Source: a virus. From it: a DNA stretch of 64,000 nt. Position numbers and translations under genes: made by a program. The notes beneath the pieces were generated by a model, which made no database searches, was not told where the DNA came from, and saw only the letters and a program-made list of their open reading frames with translations. The stretch is from the IMG/VR virus record IMGVR_UViG_3300030101_002520, positions 1-64,000 of that record. The stretch is one strand, 5' to 3'. Shown piece after piece: positions 1-9,665 of the stretch. The number at the start of each line of letters is the position of its first letter. The first letter of the stretch is position 1.

Positions 1-2
1 GT

Positions 3-740
3 AAGACAACTACATCAGATTCTTTATGTAGTATATTTGTTTATAAGAATGCTGTTGAAGTAACAAGAGAAACAAAGGATGGATTAGAAACATTTATAGA
101 AGGAGATAAAATAGTTGCATCATGGTGCGGTAGATATGATGATATAAATAAAACACATGAACAATTAGAAATTATTATTGAATGGTATAATGCTTGGACT
201 ATTGTTGAAAATAATATATCATTATTTATACAACATATGATAGCAAAGAAAAAACAAAAATATTTAGTACCAAAGCAACAAATAGTATTCTTAAAAGATC
301 TTGGATCTAATAGTACAGTTTATCAAGAGTATGGTTGGAAGAATACCGGTACATTATTTAAAAGTCATTTGATATCTTATGCTATAGAATTTCTTAGAGA
401 AGAGATTAGTCAAGATACAGATGAACATGGTAATATAATTAAAACAACACTTGGTGTAGAAAGAATACCAGACAAAATGTTATTAACAGAAATGATGCAA
501 TATTACCCTGGATTAAATGTGGATAGACTTGTAGCATTTTCCGCTCTAATTGCATTTGTAAAGCTTCAACAGTCTAATAGAGGTTATATTAGACGTAAAG
601 AGAGTGATAAGTCTAAGGATAACTTGGAAAAATCACAAAATTTGTATAAATTATCTAGTAGACCTTTTAAAAATTTAGGTAGATCTAGAATAGCAAATAA
701 ATCAAAATTTAAAAAATCTGCATTTAAAAATTTAAGATAA
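3..740 (+). CDS. terL: Terminase large subunit, C-terminal nuclease domain (5' truncated by window)
   Basis: The frame is open from nt 3 (KTTTSDSLCSIFVYKN...VASWCGRYDD...WYNAWTIVENN), upstream of the listed 237 start. The ENN, YGW and NVDRLVAF motifs are typical of crAss-like TerL, and the gene lies directly upstream of the portal. Confidence 0.88.
   Translation, partial: KTTTSDSLCSIFVYKNAVEVTRETKDGLETFIEGDKIVASWCGRYDDINKTHEQLEIIIEWYNAWTIVENNISLFIQHMIAKKKQKYLVPKQQIVFLKDLGSNSTVYQEYGWKNTGTLFKSHLISYAIEFLREEISQDTDEHGNIIKTTLGVERIPDKMLLTEMMQYYPGLNVDRLVAFSALIAFVKLQQSNRGYIRRKESDKSKDNLEKSQNLYKLSSRPFKNLGRSRIANKSKFKKSAFKNLR
624..654 (+). promoter_or_regulatory. Putative promoter TTG-N20-TAAATTAT inside the 3' end of terL, upstream of the portal
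   Basis: Same AACTTG...N20...TAwATTAT geometry as the intergenic copy at 13262-13292. Confidence 0.4.
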
Positions 741-841
741 TGAAAAAATATTGGACAACTACTTCTACAGGTTACTCATCTAATTGGAAAACTAATTCTA
801 CCTATGGTAAAGTATATATTACTTATACGCTAAAAAAATAA
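740..841 (+). CDS. Unannotated 33-aa ORF MKKYWTTTSTGYSSNWKTNSTYGKVYITYTLKK
   Basis: ATG overlaps the terL stop (TAATG coupling) and its stop lies 3 nt before the portal ATG, so it fills the gap exactly. Confidence 0.55.
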   Translation: MKKYWTTTSTGYSSNWKTNSTYGKVYITYTLKK

Positions 842-844
842 TTT

Positions 845-3595
845 ATGAGAATTTTAAATGCTTTACAATTAAAGAATGGTGCAAAAGCAGATAGTAAAGA
901 TTATCCATCTTCTGCTGCACTTACGCAACCTACGCAATTTTTACCAGCTAAAAAGAAAACAGATGATTGGGCATCATGGAATTTAGATTGGTTAGAGACA
1001 GAAGGTTTAGAGTATCTAAGAAAGACATCTAGAAAACTTCTTAAGAATTATAAGTTAGCAAAAGGTATTATTGATAAAACAGATTACATTATTGAAGAAG
1101 ATAATGAATATAAAGATTTAATGGATGTACTAACTAAGTCAGATGATTCTGCTTTAGAATTAAAATTTTATCCTATAATACCAAATGTTATAAATGTATT
1201 AACTGGTGAATTTTCTAAAAGATTTTCTAAAGTTCAATTTAGAGCTGTTGATGATCAATCATATAATGAAATGTTAGAGAATAAAAGAAAGCTAGTAGAA
1301 GAAAATTTATTAGCTGATGCAAAAGCTAATATATTATATGAAATGATAAAGATGGGTTTAGATCCACAATCAGATGAAGCTAAAGAAAAATTAGATGTAG
1401 AAAATGTAAAAACACTTCCTGAAATAGAAGATTTTTTTTCTAAAGACTATAGAAGTTTAGTTGAAGAGTGGGCTAGTCATCAACTAATAGTAGATGAGGA
1501 AAGATTTAAAATGCATGAACTTGAGGAGAGAGCGTTTAGGGATATGCTTATTACAGATAGAGAATTTTGGCATTTTAAAATGATGGAAGATGATTATGAA
1601 GTTGAATTATGGAATCCTGTACTAACGTTTTATCAAAAATCTCCAGATACTAGATATATATCAGATTCTAATTATGTAGGTAAATGTGATATGATGACAC
1701 CAGCAGATGTTATAGATACTTATGGTTATCTCATGAGTGAGTCACAATTAAAGTCATTAGAAAAAATATACCCTACTAAAAATTCAAAATATCCTATACA
1801 AGGTTATCAAAATGATGGAACATTTTATGATCCAACAAAGTCATATGAGTGGAATACTAATATGCCTTCATTAGGATATAGACAATTTGTAAGCAATATG
1901 CATAATTCTACTGGTAGAGCAAATGATGTTGTTAAAATGATTTTAAATGAGGGAGAGGATATTAATACTTGGGGTGAAAGAAATATGCTTAGAGTTACAA
2001 CAGTGTATTGGAAAACACAAAGAAAAGTAGGACATCTTACACGAGTATTAGAAAATGGCACTGTTGTTTCTAAAGTTGTTGATGAAAATTTTAAATTAAC
2101 AGAGACACCTGTATATAATACAAAATTATTTAAAGAAAAAACAAGAGATAATTTATTGTATGGAGAGCATGTAGATTATATATGGATTAATGAAGTATGG
2201 GGTGGTGTTAAGATTGGACCTAACTTACCATCAACATGGAAACAAACTTCTACAGAATTAAATCCTATATACATTGGCATAAATCAAACTAAACCAGGAA
2301 GAGTACCATTTCAGTTTAAAGGTGATAGTAATCTTTATGGTTGTAAGTTACCTGTAGAGGGCAGGGTATTTTCTGATAGAAATACAAGATCTACCTCTTT
2401 AGTTGATCTTATGAAAGCATTTCAAGTTGGTTATAATATGGTTAATAATCAAATAGCTGATATACTTGTTGATGAACTTGGCACTGTAATTATGTTTGAT
2501 CAAAATGCATTACCACGTCATTCAATGGGTGAAGACTGGGGTAAAAATAATATGGCTAAAGCATATGTAGCTATGAAGGATTTTGGTATGCTACCATTAG
2601 ATACTTCTATTACAAATACAGAAAATGCTACAAACTTTAATCATTATCAGACATTAAACATGGAGCAGACAAATAGATTAATGTCTAGAATACAATTAGC
2701 AAATTATTTTAAAGGTCAAGCATTTGAAGCTATTGGTATAAATCCTCAAAGATTAGGTCAAGAAATTTCAAGACAAACAGCAACTGGTGTACAACAAGCT
2801 GTACAATCTTCTTTTGCACAAACAGAAATGTATTTTATACAGCACTCAGATAACCTTATGCCTAGGGTGCATCAAATGAGAACTGATCTTTCACAATACT
2901 ATCATAGTAATACACCTAGTGTAAGATTAAATTATATATCAAGTGAAGCAGAAAAAGTTAATTTTCAGATAAATGGAACTGAGTTATTGATGAGAGATTT
3001 CAATATTTTTTGTACTACTAAAACAAATCATAGAGCAATATTAGATCAATTAAAACAATTAGCTATACAAAATAATACAAGTGGTGCTAGTATATTTGAT
3101 TTAGGTAGTGTTATAAAAGCTGAGTCTATTGCTGAAGTTACAGATATATTAAAAGATTCTGAAAAGAAATCAAAAGAAGAAAGACAGGCTCAATTGAAAC
3201 AACAACAAGAAATGCAACAGCAACAATTACAAGCACAAGCTCAAGAAAAAGCAGCTGAACGTGAGTTTAAGAAAGCTGAAAATGAGGCTGAGCGTAAAAA
3301 AGATATTACTGTTGCAGAAATAAGATCTGCTAGTTATGGATCACAAGCAGATATTAATCAAAATATGCAGAGTGATTTTCAAGATGCTATGGAAAATATA
3401 CGTAAAAGAGATGAGTATAGAGAGCAAATGAACTTTAAAAGAGAAGAATCTGCTGTAAGAAATTCAAATGATCAAGCTAAGATGGGAATAGATAGAGAAA
3501 AACTTGCAACTCAAAGGGAAATAGCTAATAAAAATTTAGAAATTGCACGTGAAAATAAAAACAAATATGATGTGCAAGGTGGAGAAAAAAGTTAA
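845..3595 (+). CDS. Portal protein
   Basis: 916 aa following TerL. FYPIIPNVINVLTGE motif and a C-terminal Q/E-rich coiled-coil barrel typical of crAss-like portals. Confidence 0.88.
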   Translation: MRILNALQLKNGAKADSKDYPSSAALTQPTQFLPAKKKTDDWASWNLDWLETEGLEYLRKTSRKLLKNYKLAKGIIDKTDYIIEEDNEYKDLMDVLTKSDDSALELKFYPIIPNVINVLTGEFSKRFSKVQFRAVDDQSYNEMLENKRKLVEENLLADAKANILYEMIKMGLDPQSDEAKEKLDVENVKTLPEIEDFFSKDYRSLVEEWASHQLIVDEERFKMHELEERAFRDMLITDREFWHFKMMEDDYEVELWNPVLTFYQKSPDTRYISDSNYVGKCDMMTPADVIDTYGYLMSESQLKSLEKIYPTKNSKYPIQGYQNDGTFYDPTKSYEWNTNMPSLGYRQFVSNMHNSTGRANDVVKMILNEGEDINTWGERNMLRVTTVYWKTQRKVGHLTRVLENGTVVSKVVDENFKLTETPVYNTKLFKEKTRDNLLYGEHVDYIWINEVWGGVKIGPNLPSTWKQTSTELNPIYIGINQTKPGRVPFQFKGDSNLYGCKLPVEGRVFSDRNTRSTSLVDLMKAFQVGYNMVNNQIADILVDELGTVIMFDQNALPRHSMGEDWGKNNMAKAYVAMKDFGMLPLDTSITNTENATNFNHYQTLNMEQTNRLMSRIQLANYFKGQAFEAIGINPQRLGQEISRQTATGVQQAVQSSFAQTEMYFIQHSDNLMPRVHQMRTDLSQYYHSNTPSVRLNYISSEAEKVNFQINGTELLMRDFNIFCTTKTNHRAILDQLKQLAIQNNTSGASIFDLGSVIKAESIAEVTDILKDSEKKSKEERQAQLKQQQEMQQQQLQAQAQEKAAEREFKKAENEAERKKDITVAEIRSASYGSQADINQNMQSDFQDAMENIRKRDEYREQMNFKREESAVRNSNDQAKMGIDREKLATQREIANKNLEIARENKNKYDVQGGEKS

Positions 3596-3680
3596 TAAAA
3601 TAGTAAAAATTAAATGATAGCTATATACTGTCACAAATTTTAAATTTAAAAAAAATTTTTAAGGTTTATCATAAAAAGAT

Positions 3681-3701
3681 TTACTATATTATATATATAA
3701 A
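3681..3701 (+). promoter_or_regulatory. Putative late promoter (TATATTATATATATAAA) for the scaffold-MCP operon
   Basis: 17 nt identical to 9587-9603; the TAwATTAT box recurs in most intergenic gaps. Confidence 0.6.
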
Positions 3702-3721
3702 CGTTATAAAACCAAATAATT

Positions 3722-5026
3722 ATGGCTGAAAAAGAAACCAAAACAGTTGATACAAAGGTTGAACAAGTTGATGTTAATCTTGATGACATTTTTAATGCAG
3801 CACCAGGAGGAGAATCAATTACACTACCAGAAGAAAGTGAAAAAAAACCTAGTGTATTTAGTAGAAAAAAGCCTGTAGATACAAGCTTTTTATATGAAAA
3901 TAAAAAACAAGAAAAGAAGGAAGAAGTTGTAGAAGAAAAAGTAGAAGAGAAAGTAGAAGCAAAAGAAGAAGTAGTAGAAGAGAAGAAAGAAGAAAAACCT
4001 AAACAGGAAAGTAAAGAAAGTATAGATGAGGTCTTAGGTTTAAATGAAGAAGTAGAAGAAGAAGTAGTTGAGACACCTAAGAAAGGAAGGAAAAGAATAG
4101 AAGGTATAACTGATGTTTTTTCAAAACTTATTAAAGATGAAAAAATTATACCTTTTGATGATGATAAGGAGCTTGATGATTATTCAGCAAAAGACTGGGA
4201 AGAATTGATTCAAGCTAACTTGGATGAAAAAGTTAATCAGGTAAGAAAAGAAACACCTAAGCAGTTTTTTAATAGTTTACCTGAAGAATTACAGATAGCT
4301 GCTAAGTATGTAGCAGATGGTGGTAAAGATCTAAAAACTTTATTTGGAGCTTTATCAAAAGTAGAAGAAACAAGAGAGCTAGATGTAAAAAATGAAAATG
4401 ACCAGGAGCAAATAATAAGAGAATATTTAGGTGCAACTGGTTATGGAACAGCAGAAGAGATAAAAGAAGAGATTGATATTTGGAAAGATCTTGGCAAGCT
4501 TGAACAGCAAGCTAATAAGTTCAAACCAAAATTAGATAAGATGCAAGAAAAAGTTGTTGCTAAAAGATTGCAAGAGCAAGAAATGAGAAAGAAGAAACAG
4601 CAACAAGCTTCTGAAACATATATGAATAGTGTATATGAGACTTTAAAAGGTGGTGAGATTAATGAAATAAAGCTAGATAGAAAGACTCAATCCTTGTTAT
4701 ATAATGGATTAGTAGAACCTGCTTATCCATCTATATCAGGAAAAAATACAAATTTGTTAGGACATCTTTTGGAGAAGTACCAGTTTGTTGAACCAAACTA
4801 TCCATTAATAACTGAAGCATTATGGTTATTAGCAGATCCAAAAGGTTACAAAGCTAAATTGATGGAGAAAGGAGAAAGTGTAGCTACAGAAAAAACAGTG
4901 AGAAAGTTAAAGACAGCTCAATCACAAAAAGCAAGTTCTGCAGCGTCTGTAACAGAAAATAAAAATACTAGAAGAAGTGGCTCAAGAAAGCTACCTAGAA
5001 ATAAAAATATATTTAAAAGGTTTTAA
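3722..5026 (+). CDS. Acidic head-assembly/scaffold-like protein (conserved gene between portal and MCP)
   Basis: E/K-rich disordered N-terminus, helical C-terminus, position between portal and MCP. Confidence 0.65.
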   Translation: MAEKETKTVDTKVEQVDVNLDDIFNAAPGGESITLPEESEKKPSVFSRKKPVDTSFLYENKKQEKKEEVVEEKVEEKVEAKEEVVEEKKEEKPKQESKESIDEVLGLNEEVEEEVVETPKKGRKRIEGITDVFSKLIKDEKIIPFDDDKELDDYSAKDWEELIQANLDEKVNQVRKETPKQFFNSLPEELQIAAKYVADGGKDLKTLFGALSKVEETRELDVKNENDQEQIIREYLGATGYGTAEEIKEEIDIWKDLGKLEQQANKFKPKLDKMQEKVVAKRLQEQEMRKKKQQQASETYMNSVYETLKGGEINEIKLDRKTQSLLYNGLVEPAYPSISGKNTNLLGHLLEKYQFVEPNYPLITEALWLLADPKGYKAKLMEKGESVATEKTVRKLKTAQSQKASSAASVTENKNTRRSGSRKLPRNKNIFKRF

Positions 5027-5067
5027 TATATTAATTAATGTTTAACAATTAAAAATAAATTTCAATT

Positions 5068-6711
5068 ATGGCAACTCCAGTTTTAAATAATGGGATTTTC
5101 CTAAGAGATACTAACTATAAAGCAAGTTCTCATGTTGATTCTTATCACTTAACAAACATGCTCGGGGACACAGAACCTATGGATATGGGTCCTATTGACA
5201 TGTGGGCAATGATGCAAAAGGTAGAGATGCCATTGTATCAAATGGCTTCATTTGGTGGTGCGAATACAATACAAGTAGATAATGCTAGAGGTGAGTATAA
5301 ATGGCAAACTCCCGTTGCTCAAGACCTACCATATATCGTTAAAGATATAGAGGCAGGTGGTGACCACTTTGGTCAGGACGGAACTACATTCAAAATTATG
5401 CTTAATAAAAGAGCATTTGGTCATGGTGACATTATTACTTATGATAAGTATAATGGTGCTGAACTTTACATCACGGCTGATGACATTTATGAAGCAGGTG
5501 AAGGTGTGGTTTATACTGTTCAAATGGTAAATAATTCAACCTCAGCAACTTTTGATAGAGCAAAGTATCTAAAAGCAGGTACAAAATACTTTAGAAAAGG
5601 TTCTGCAAGAGGTGAGTATGGTGAAAGATTTTCAGATATTACAACTTCAAATGGTTTCCGTGAATTCTATAACTTTGTAGGAGGAGCAGAAGCACATGTA
5701 CATTATTCAGTATCATCTAGAGCTGATCTTATGATCAAAGGTGGTATGAATGCTGATGGTACTGTTCCAGTTACGGAAATTTGGAGATCTTTTGACAAAG
5801 GTTTAGATCCATCAATTTCTTCATTAGAATCAATGGTAGAGATTATGGGTGCTGACTATGTTAGAAGAGCTTTTGATAATGGAGATCTATCAAGAACTTT
5901 CCTTACTAATTTAGAAGCAGCTCATCTTTCTAAAATTGCAACAGATATTGAAACGTACCTAATGTGGGGACGTGGAGGTAGAGTTAAGCAAGACGGACCA
6001 GATGACATTAGACTATCAGTAGGTCTTTGGAGACAATTAGACAACTCATTTAAAAGAGTTTATAATAAAGCTTCATTTAACTTAGATATGTTTAAGTCTG
6101 AGCTTTACAACTTCTATCAAGGTAAAGTTGATCTAGATGGACCAGATCCACAAAGATCTTTAATTGTACAAACAGGTATTGGTGGTATGCAGTTAATCAA
6201 TAAAGCTATCAAAGATGATGTTAGCATGATTAACCAAGGTAACAATGGACAAGCTCCTTTTGTTATTAATGCTGATAGCGTTGGTGCAGTTACAGGTCAA
6301 GGAATGGATATGGGTTATGGATATGCATTTACATCATTTGTAATTCCATTCTTAGCAAACGTTAAGTTTGTTCTGAATCCTGCATTTGACAACTTACATA
6401 CTAATGATATTGAGAATCCGCTTATTGACGGAAGACCTTTAAGTTCTTATTCATTTATAATCTTTGATGTAACTGATCAAGGAAATGATAATATTCACTT
6501 ATTGAAATTATCATGGGATAATCAGTTAAAGTGGTTCTATCAAAATGGAACTATGGATTATATGGGAAGAACTCAAGGATTCCAGTCTAATGGACAATTT
6601 AATGGCTATAGAGTTTATATGACTCAAACAATGCCTGGTATTTGGGTTAAAGATCCAACCAAAGTATTGAAGATAGTTATGAAGAATCCTACTACAGGTG
6701 GTTCATTCTAA
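5068..6711 (+). CDS. Major capsid protein
   Basis: 547 aa in the canonical position, followed by a strong terminator. LMWGRGG, GLWRQL, QTGIGG and IWVKDPTK motifs are crAss-like MCP features. Confidence 0.88.
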   Translation: MATPVLNNGIFLRDTNYKASSHVDSYHLTNMLGDTEPMDMGPIDMWAMMQKVEMPLYQMASFGGANTIQVDNARGEYKWQTPVAQDLPYIVKDIEAGGDHFGQDGTTFKIMLNKRAFGHGDIITYDKYNGAELYITADDIYEAGEGVVYTVQMVNNSTSATFDRAKYLKAGTKYFRKGSARGEYGERFSDITTSNGFREFYNFVGGAEAHVHYSVSSRADLMIKGGMNADGTVPVTEIWRSFDKGLDPSISSLESMVEIMGADYVRRAFDNGDLSRTFLTNLEAAHLSKIATDIETYLMWGRGGRVKQDGPDDIRLSVGLWRQLDNSFKRVYNKASFNLDMFKSELYNFYQGKVDLDGPDPQRSLIVQTGIGGMQLINKAIKDDVSMINQGNNGQAPFVINADSVGAVTGQGMDMGYGYAFTSFVIPFLANVKFVLNPAFDNLHTNDIENPLIDGRPLSSYSFIIFDVTDQGNDNIHLLKLSWDNQLKWFYQNGTMDYMGRTQGFQSNGQFNGYRVYMTQTMPGIWVKDPTKVLKIVMKNPTTGGSF

Positions 6712-6726
6712 TATGTTCTTATTTAG

Positions 6727-6753
6727 AAGAGGGATCTAATGGTCCCTCTTTTA
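6727..6753 (+). terminator. Rho-independent terminator after MCP
   Basis: AAGAGGGATC-TAAT-GGTCCCTCTT stem followed by T-rich sequence. Confidence 0.8.
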
Positions 6754-6787
6754 AATTTTATTTAATAATTTAAAAAACCTTTTAAAA

Positions 6788-7888
6788 ATGGCTAAGAAAA
6801 AAACAACTAAAAAAGAAGTAGTAGTAAATGATATTGATACAATGGAAACTACTATAGATACTTTACAACCTGAAGTTTCAATGGAAGACTTCACAATGAT
6901 TGAAAAATATCAACAAGGAAAAAATCAAACTATTGCTATACGTCCTTATGTTACAAATGATGAAAACATGGGATTAGAAAATTATAATATGTCTTTATAT
7001 GATAATGTATATCATGAAGAACAATTAACATGTTTAGATATAAATGGTGTTAGAAGATATATTACTGGTTTAAATGAGTTTGCTCCAGAAATAAAACAAT
7101 TAGAACCTTCAAAAAGAAAAGCTAAAGTAAAACAGATAAGAACAGCTGTAGCTGAATTAGAAAAAGAATTAGCACAAAATGTTATATCTGTAGATGATCC
7201 AGAGTTTTGGAATAAAGTAAAATTACTTAGACCTAATAATGATGAGTTTTGGTCTAAGATAAGTGTAAGAGCTGGTAATGATCCTTTATATTTAGATCCA
7301 AAAAAGGATGCATATGATTTAATAAAAATCTTTGCAATAGAAGCAGGAGGATTTTCTATAGTTGCAAAAAGTTTAGAAGAAGCTAAAAGAAAAGGACCTA
7401 GTTGTAAATTTTATTTAGATAATGTAAAAGATACAGTTAATACTAGAACTAAGACTTCTAAAGTTAGAAATAGAGCACTTGCTGCATTACAAAACTTGTA
7501 TGATACTAATCCTACAAAATTAAAATATGTTGGTATGGTTGTTGATCAATATCAAGCATATAATAATTCAACACCAAATGATGTAATATATGAAGATATG
7601 GATAATTACATTAATGGTTTTGGTAGAGAGTCAAATAAAAGTAATGCTGCAAAACAGTTTTTAGATACTGCTAATTTAAGTTTAGATGAATTAAAACTAA
7701 CAGCTGTTATTAAATGTGCAAGATATTATAAATTTTTAATGGATAAATCTGATGGATTTATTTATACAGATAATAATGTAAGACTTGGAAGAACTTTAGA
7801 CGATGCTCTATCTTTCTTGAGCAGTCCTTTAAATGATGAAGTCTTAATGTACGTTTTAAAGAAAGTAGAACATGAATGGTCATTATAG
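6788..7888 (+). CDS. Conserved crAss-like protein downstream of MCP (gene-75-like), function unknown
   Basis: Position; RYITGLNEFAPE motif; helical composition. Confidence 0.6.
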   Translation: MAKKKTTKKEVVVNDIDTMETTIDTLQPEVSMEDFTMIEKYQQGKNQTIAIRPYVTNDENMGLENYNMSLYDNVYHEEQLTCLDINGVRRYITGLNEFAPEIKQLEPSKRKAKVKQIRTAVAELEKELAQNVISVDDPEFWNKVKLLRPNNDEFWSKISVRAGNDPLYLDPKKDAYDLIKIFAIEAGGFSIVAKSLEEAKRKGPSCKFYLDNVKDTVNTRTKTSKVRNRALAALQNLYDTNPTKLKYVGMVVDQYQAYNNSTPNDVIYEDMDNYINGFGRESNKSNAAKQFLDTANLSLDELKLTAVIKCARYYKFLMDKSDGFIYTDNNVRLGRTLDDALSFLSSPLNDEVLMYVLKKVEHEWSL

Positions 7889-9559
7889 ATGAATAATACA
7901 ACCCTACAAGTTAAGATAAAGCAAAGAATGAACAAGATTGATAGTCAGGACTATGACAATATCAAATCTTGGGAAATTGCTGAAGCTTTTAATAAAGCAC
8001 AATTAGAATGGTGTAGAAGGCAGTTAGCAGGTACAAATATACGTAAAGAGGGAGATGAAATGTCCAAAAGACGTATAGATGATTTAAGTATTCTATTAAC
8101 TAGAAAAAAACTTGTAGGAGTTGATATTCAATATAATGATACATATGGATATTTTCAAAGTAGTAATTTTGGATCTATATATGATCCACAACAAGGTGGT
8201 GATTATTTAGAGTTTAAAAAGATTGAGTGTAATTCACAACAATGTTTTCCTTTTACTAATGCTACAACTACAACAGGTATAGTAGAGAATGAAAGCACTA
8301 TACCAGGGTATTGGCAAACAAATTATGAAACAGTTGTTACAAATACTCCTGGCAGCACTGAGGAAATTACAACTAGTATACAGAATGTTCCTATATTTGG
8401 TTTTTATACACATGGCAGCCCTTCTGGAGATTTTATCCCATCACAAAATAGAATTGAAGATTGGGGAGAATATGGCGATCCTAATCAACCATTTTGGCCC
8501 GGGATTCCAGCAACACAAATAACAACAAATGAACCTTGGGTTTTTAATAATAATTTGTTTCCTCCTATAATTTTTGATAATGGAACAGGTAATGTAGTTT
8601 ATAATAATAATATTGTAATGCCTATTTTGGATTCAGCAGGACCAATAACTGGTTGTAATTATTGTGGTTTAACAGGTTCTGAAATTATTAATAATCCAAA
8701 CTTATTACAGTTTTTTGCTGAAAAAGCAAATGTAAATGTAGGATATGTTATAGGTGGACCTAACAATGAGCTTTTAGATTTTACACAATCACCAGCTGTG
8801 CTTAGCTCAATACCTGATTTAAGTGCTCAGGCAGGTGGTGTTAATGGTGTTTTAAATGAACAATATCCATATACTAATGCTCCTAATAATTGGATTAATA
8901 ATACAATACAATTATTTGATGTTCAAACTGATGCTCTTTGTGCTTCATCAGGTTGTTGGTTTGTGCCAAATAGTGTTCAATTTCAAACTTTTAGTATAAG
9001 TAATTGGGAAACAATACCTGGTAGCACAGATTTAAATATAATTGAAACAGATCCTACTTATATACCAGATCAAACAATTACTTATCAAACAGAAGAAACT
9101 ATAGATGTACCATTTCAAAAATGTTATTGTGCTCCTGGTGCTGATAAAGAAAGATTTTGTATTAAACCACGGACTATGACTGTATATCAATCTGAGGTAG
9201 CTAATGTTGATTTAATACTTAGAGATCCATTAAAAAGACCTGATTTTGATTGGTGTGAAACATTTTGCACTTTAGAATCTAATCAGGATAATAATAATAA
9301 TCCTGCTATTAGAATTTGGAGAAAAGATTTTTTTATAATGGATCCTGTATTGGTTTATTATAGAGTTCCTAGGAGAGTAGAGATATTAGGATCAGTTGAT
9401 CCTTATAACGGAGCAGATGTATTAGCAAATGTTGAATGTGAATTTAAAGATGATATAGTAGAATTATTAATAGATTATACTGCATCTATACTTGCTGGTG
9501 ATATTAGTGATGCTAATCAAATGATTAGAGGAGAACAGCAAGGTGAAAAAAATAACTAG
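7889..9559 (+). CDS. Head-tail ring/adaptor-like structural protein carrying an ~295-aa insertion
   Basis: N-terminal (NKIDSQDYDNI..WEI.EAFNKAQ) and C-terminal (P.FDWCETFCT...YYRVP...CEFKDDIVELLID) halves resemble crAss-like ring proteins; the central N/P/G/T-rich segment (~8243-9130) is compositionally distinct. Confidence 0.65.
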   Translation: MNNTTLQVKIKQRMNKIDSQDYDNIKSWEIAEAFNKAQLEWCRRQLAGTNIRKEGDEMSKRRIDDLSILLTRKKLVGVDIQYNDTYGYFQSSNFGSIYDPQQGGDYLEFKKIECNSQQCFPFTNATTTTGIVENESTIPGYWQTNYETVVTNTPGSTEEITTSIQNVPIFGFYTHGSPSGDFIPSQNRIEDWGEYGDPNQPFWPGIPATQITTNEPWVFNNNLFPPIIFDNGTGNVVYNNNIVMPILDSAGPITGCNYCGLTGSEIINNPNLLQFFAEKANVNVGYVIGGPNNELLDFTQSPAVLSSIPDLSAQAGGVNGVLNEQYPYTNAPNNWINNTIQLFDVQTDALCASSGCWFVPNSVQFQTFSISNWETIPGSTDLNIIETDPTYIPDQTITYQTEETIDVPFQKCYCAPGADKERFCIKPRTMTVYQSEVANVDLILRDPLKRPDFDWCETFCTLESNQDNNNNPAIRIWRKDFFIMDPVLVYYRVPRRVEILGSVDPYNGADVLANVECEFKDDIVELLIDYTASILAGDISDANQMIRGEQQGEKNN

Positions 9560-9580
9560 TATACAAAGACTATTGCTTAT

Positions 9581-9603
9581 TTTTTGTATATTATATATAT
9601 AAA
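9581..9603 (+). promoter_or_regulatory. Putative late promoter TTTTTG-TATATTATATATATAAA
   Basis: Recurrent motif, identical core to 3685-3701. Confidence 0.6.
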
Positions 9604-9665
9604 ACCTTCTTGTTTATTTATGGGTCTTTTATAGACCTCAAGTTTATTTTATAAAATTATTAATT

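Noticed and set aside
237-740. 167-aa stand-alone protein as given in the ORF track
   Set aside because: The frame is open back to the window start; it is the C-terminus of TerL. The same applies to the 240-aa nrdJ call, which extends beyond 64000.
3900-4080. GAA-rich low-complexity tract as a DNA repeat element
   Set aside because: It simply encodes the Glu/Lys/Val-rich disordered region of the scaffold-like protein.
9622-9638. GGTCT-TTTAT-AGACC hairpin as a terminator or riboswitch
   Set aside because: Only a 5-bp stem with no U tract; at most a 5'-UTR stabilising hairpin.
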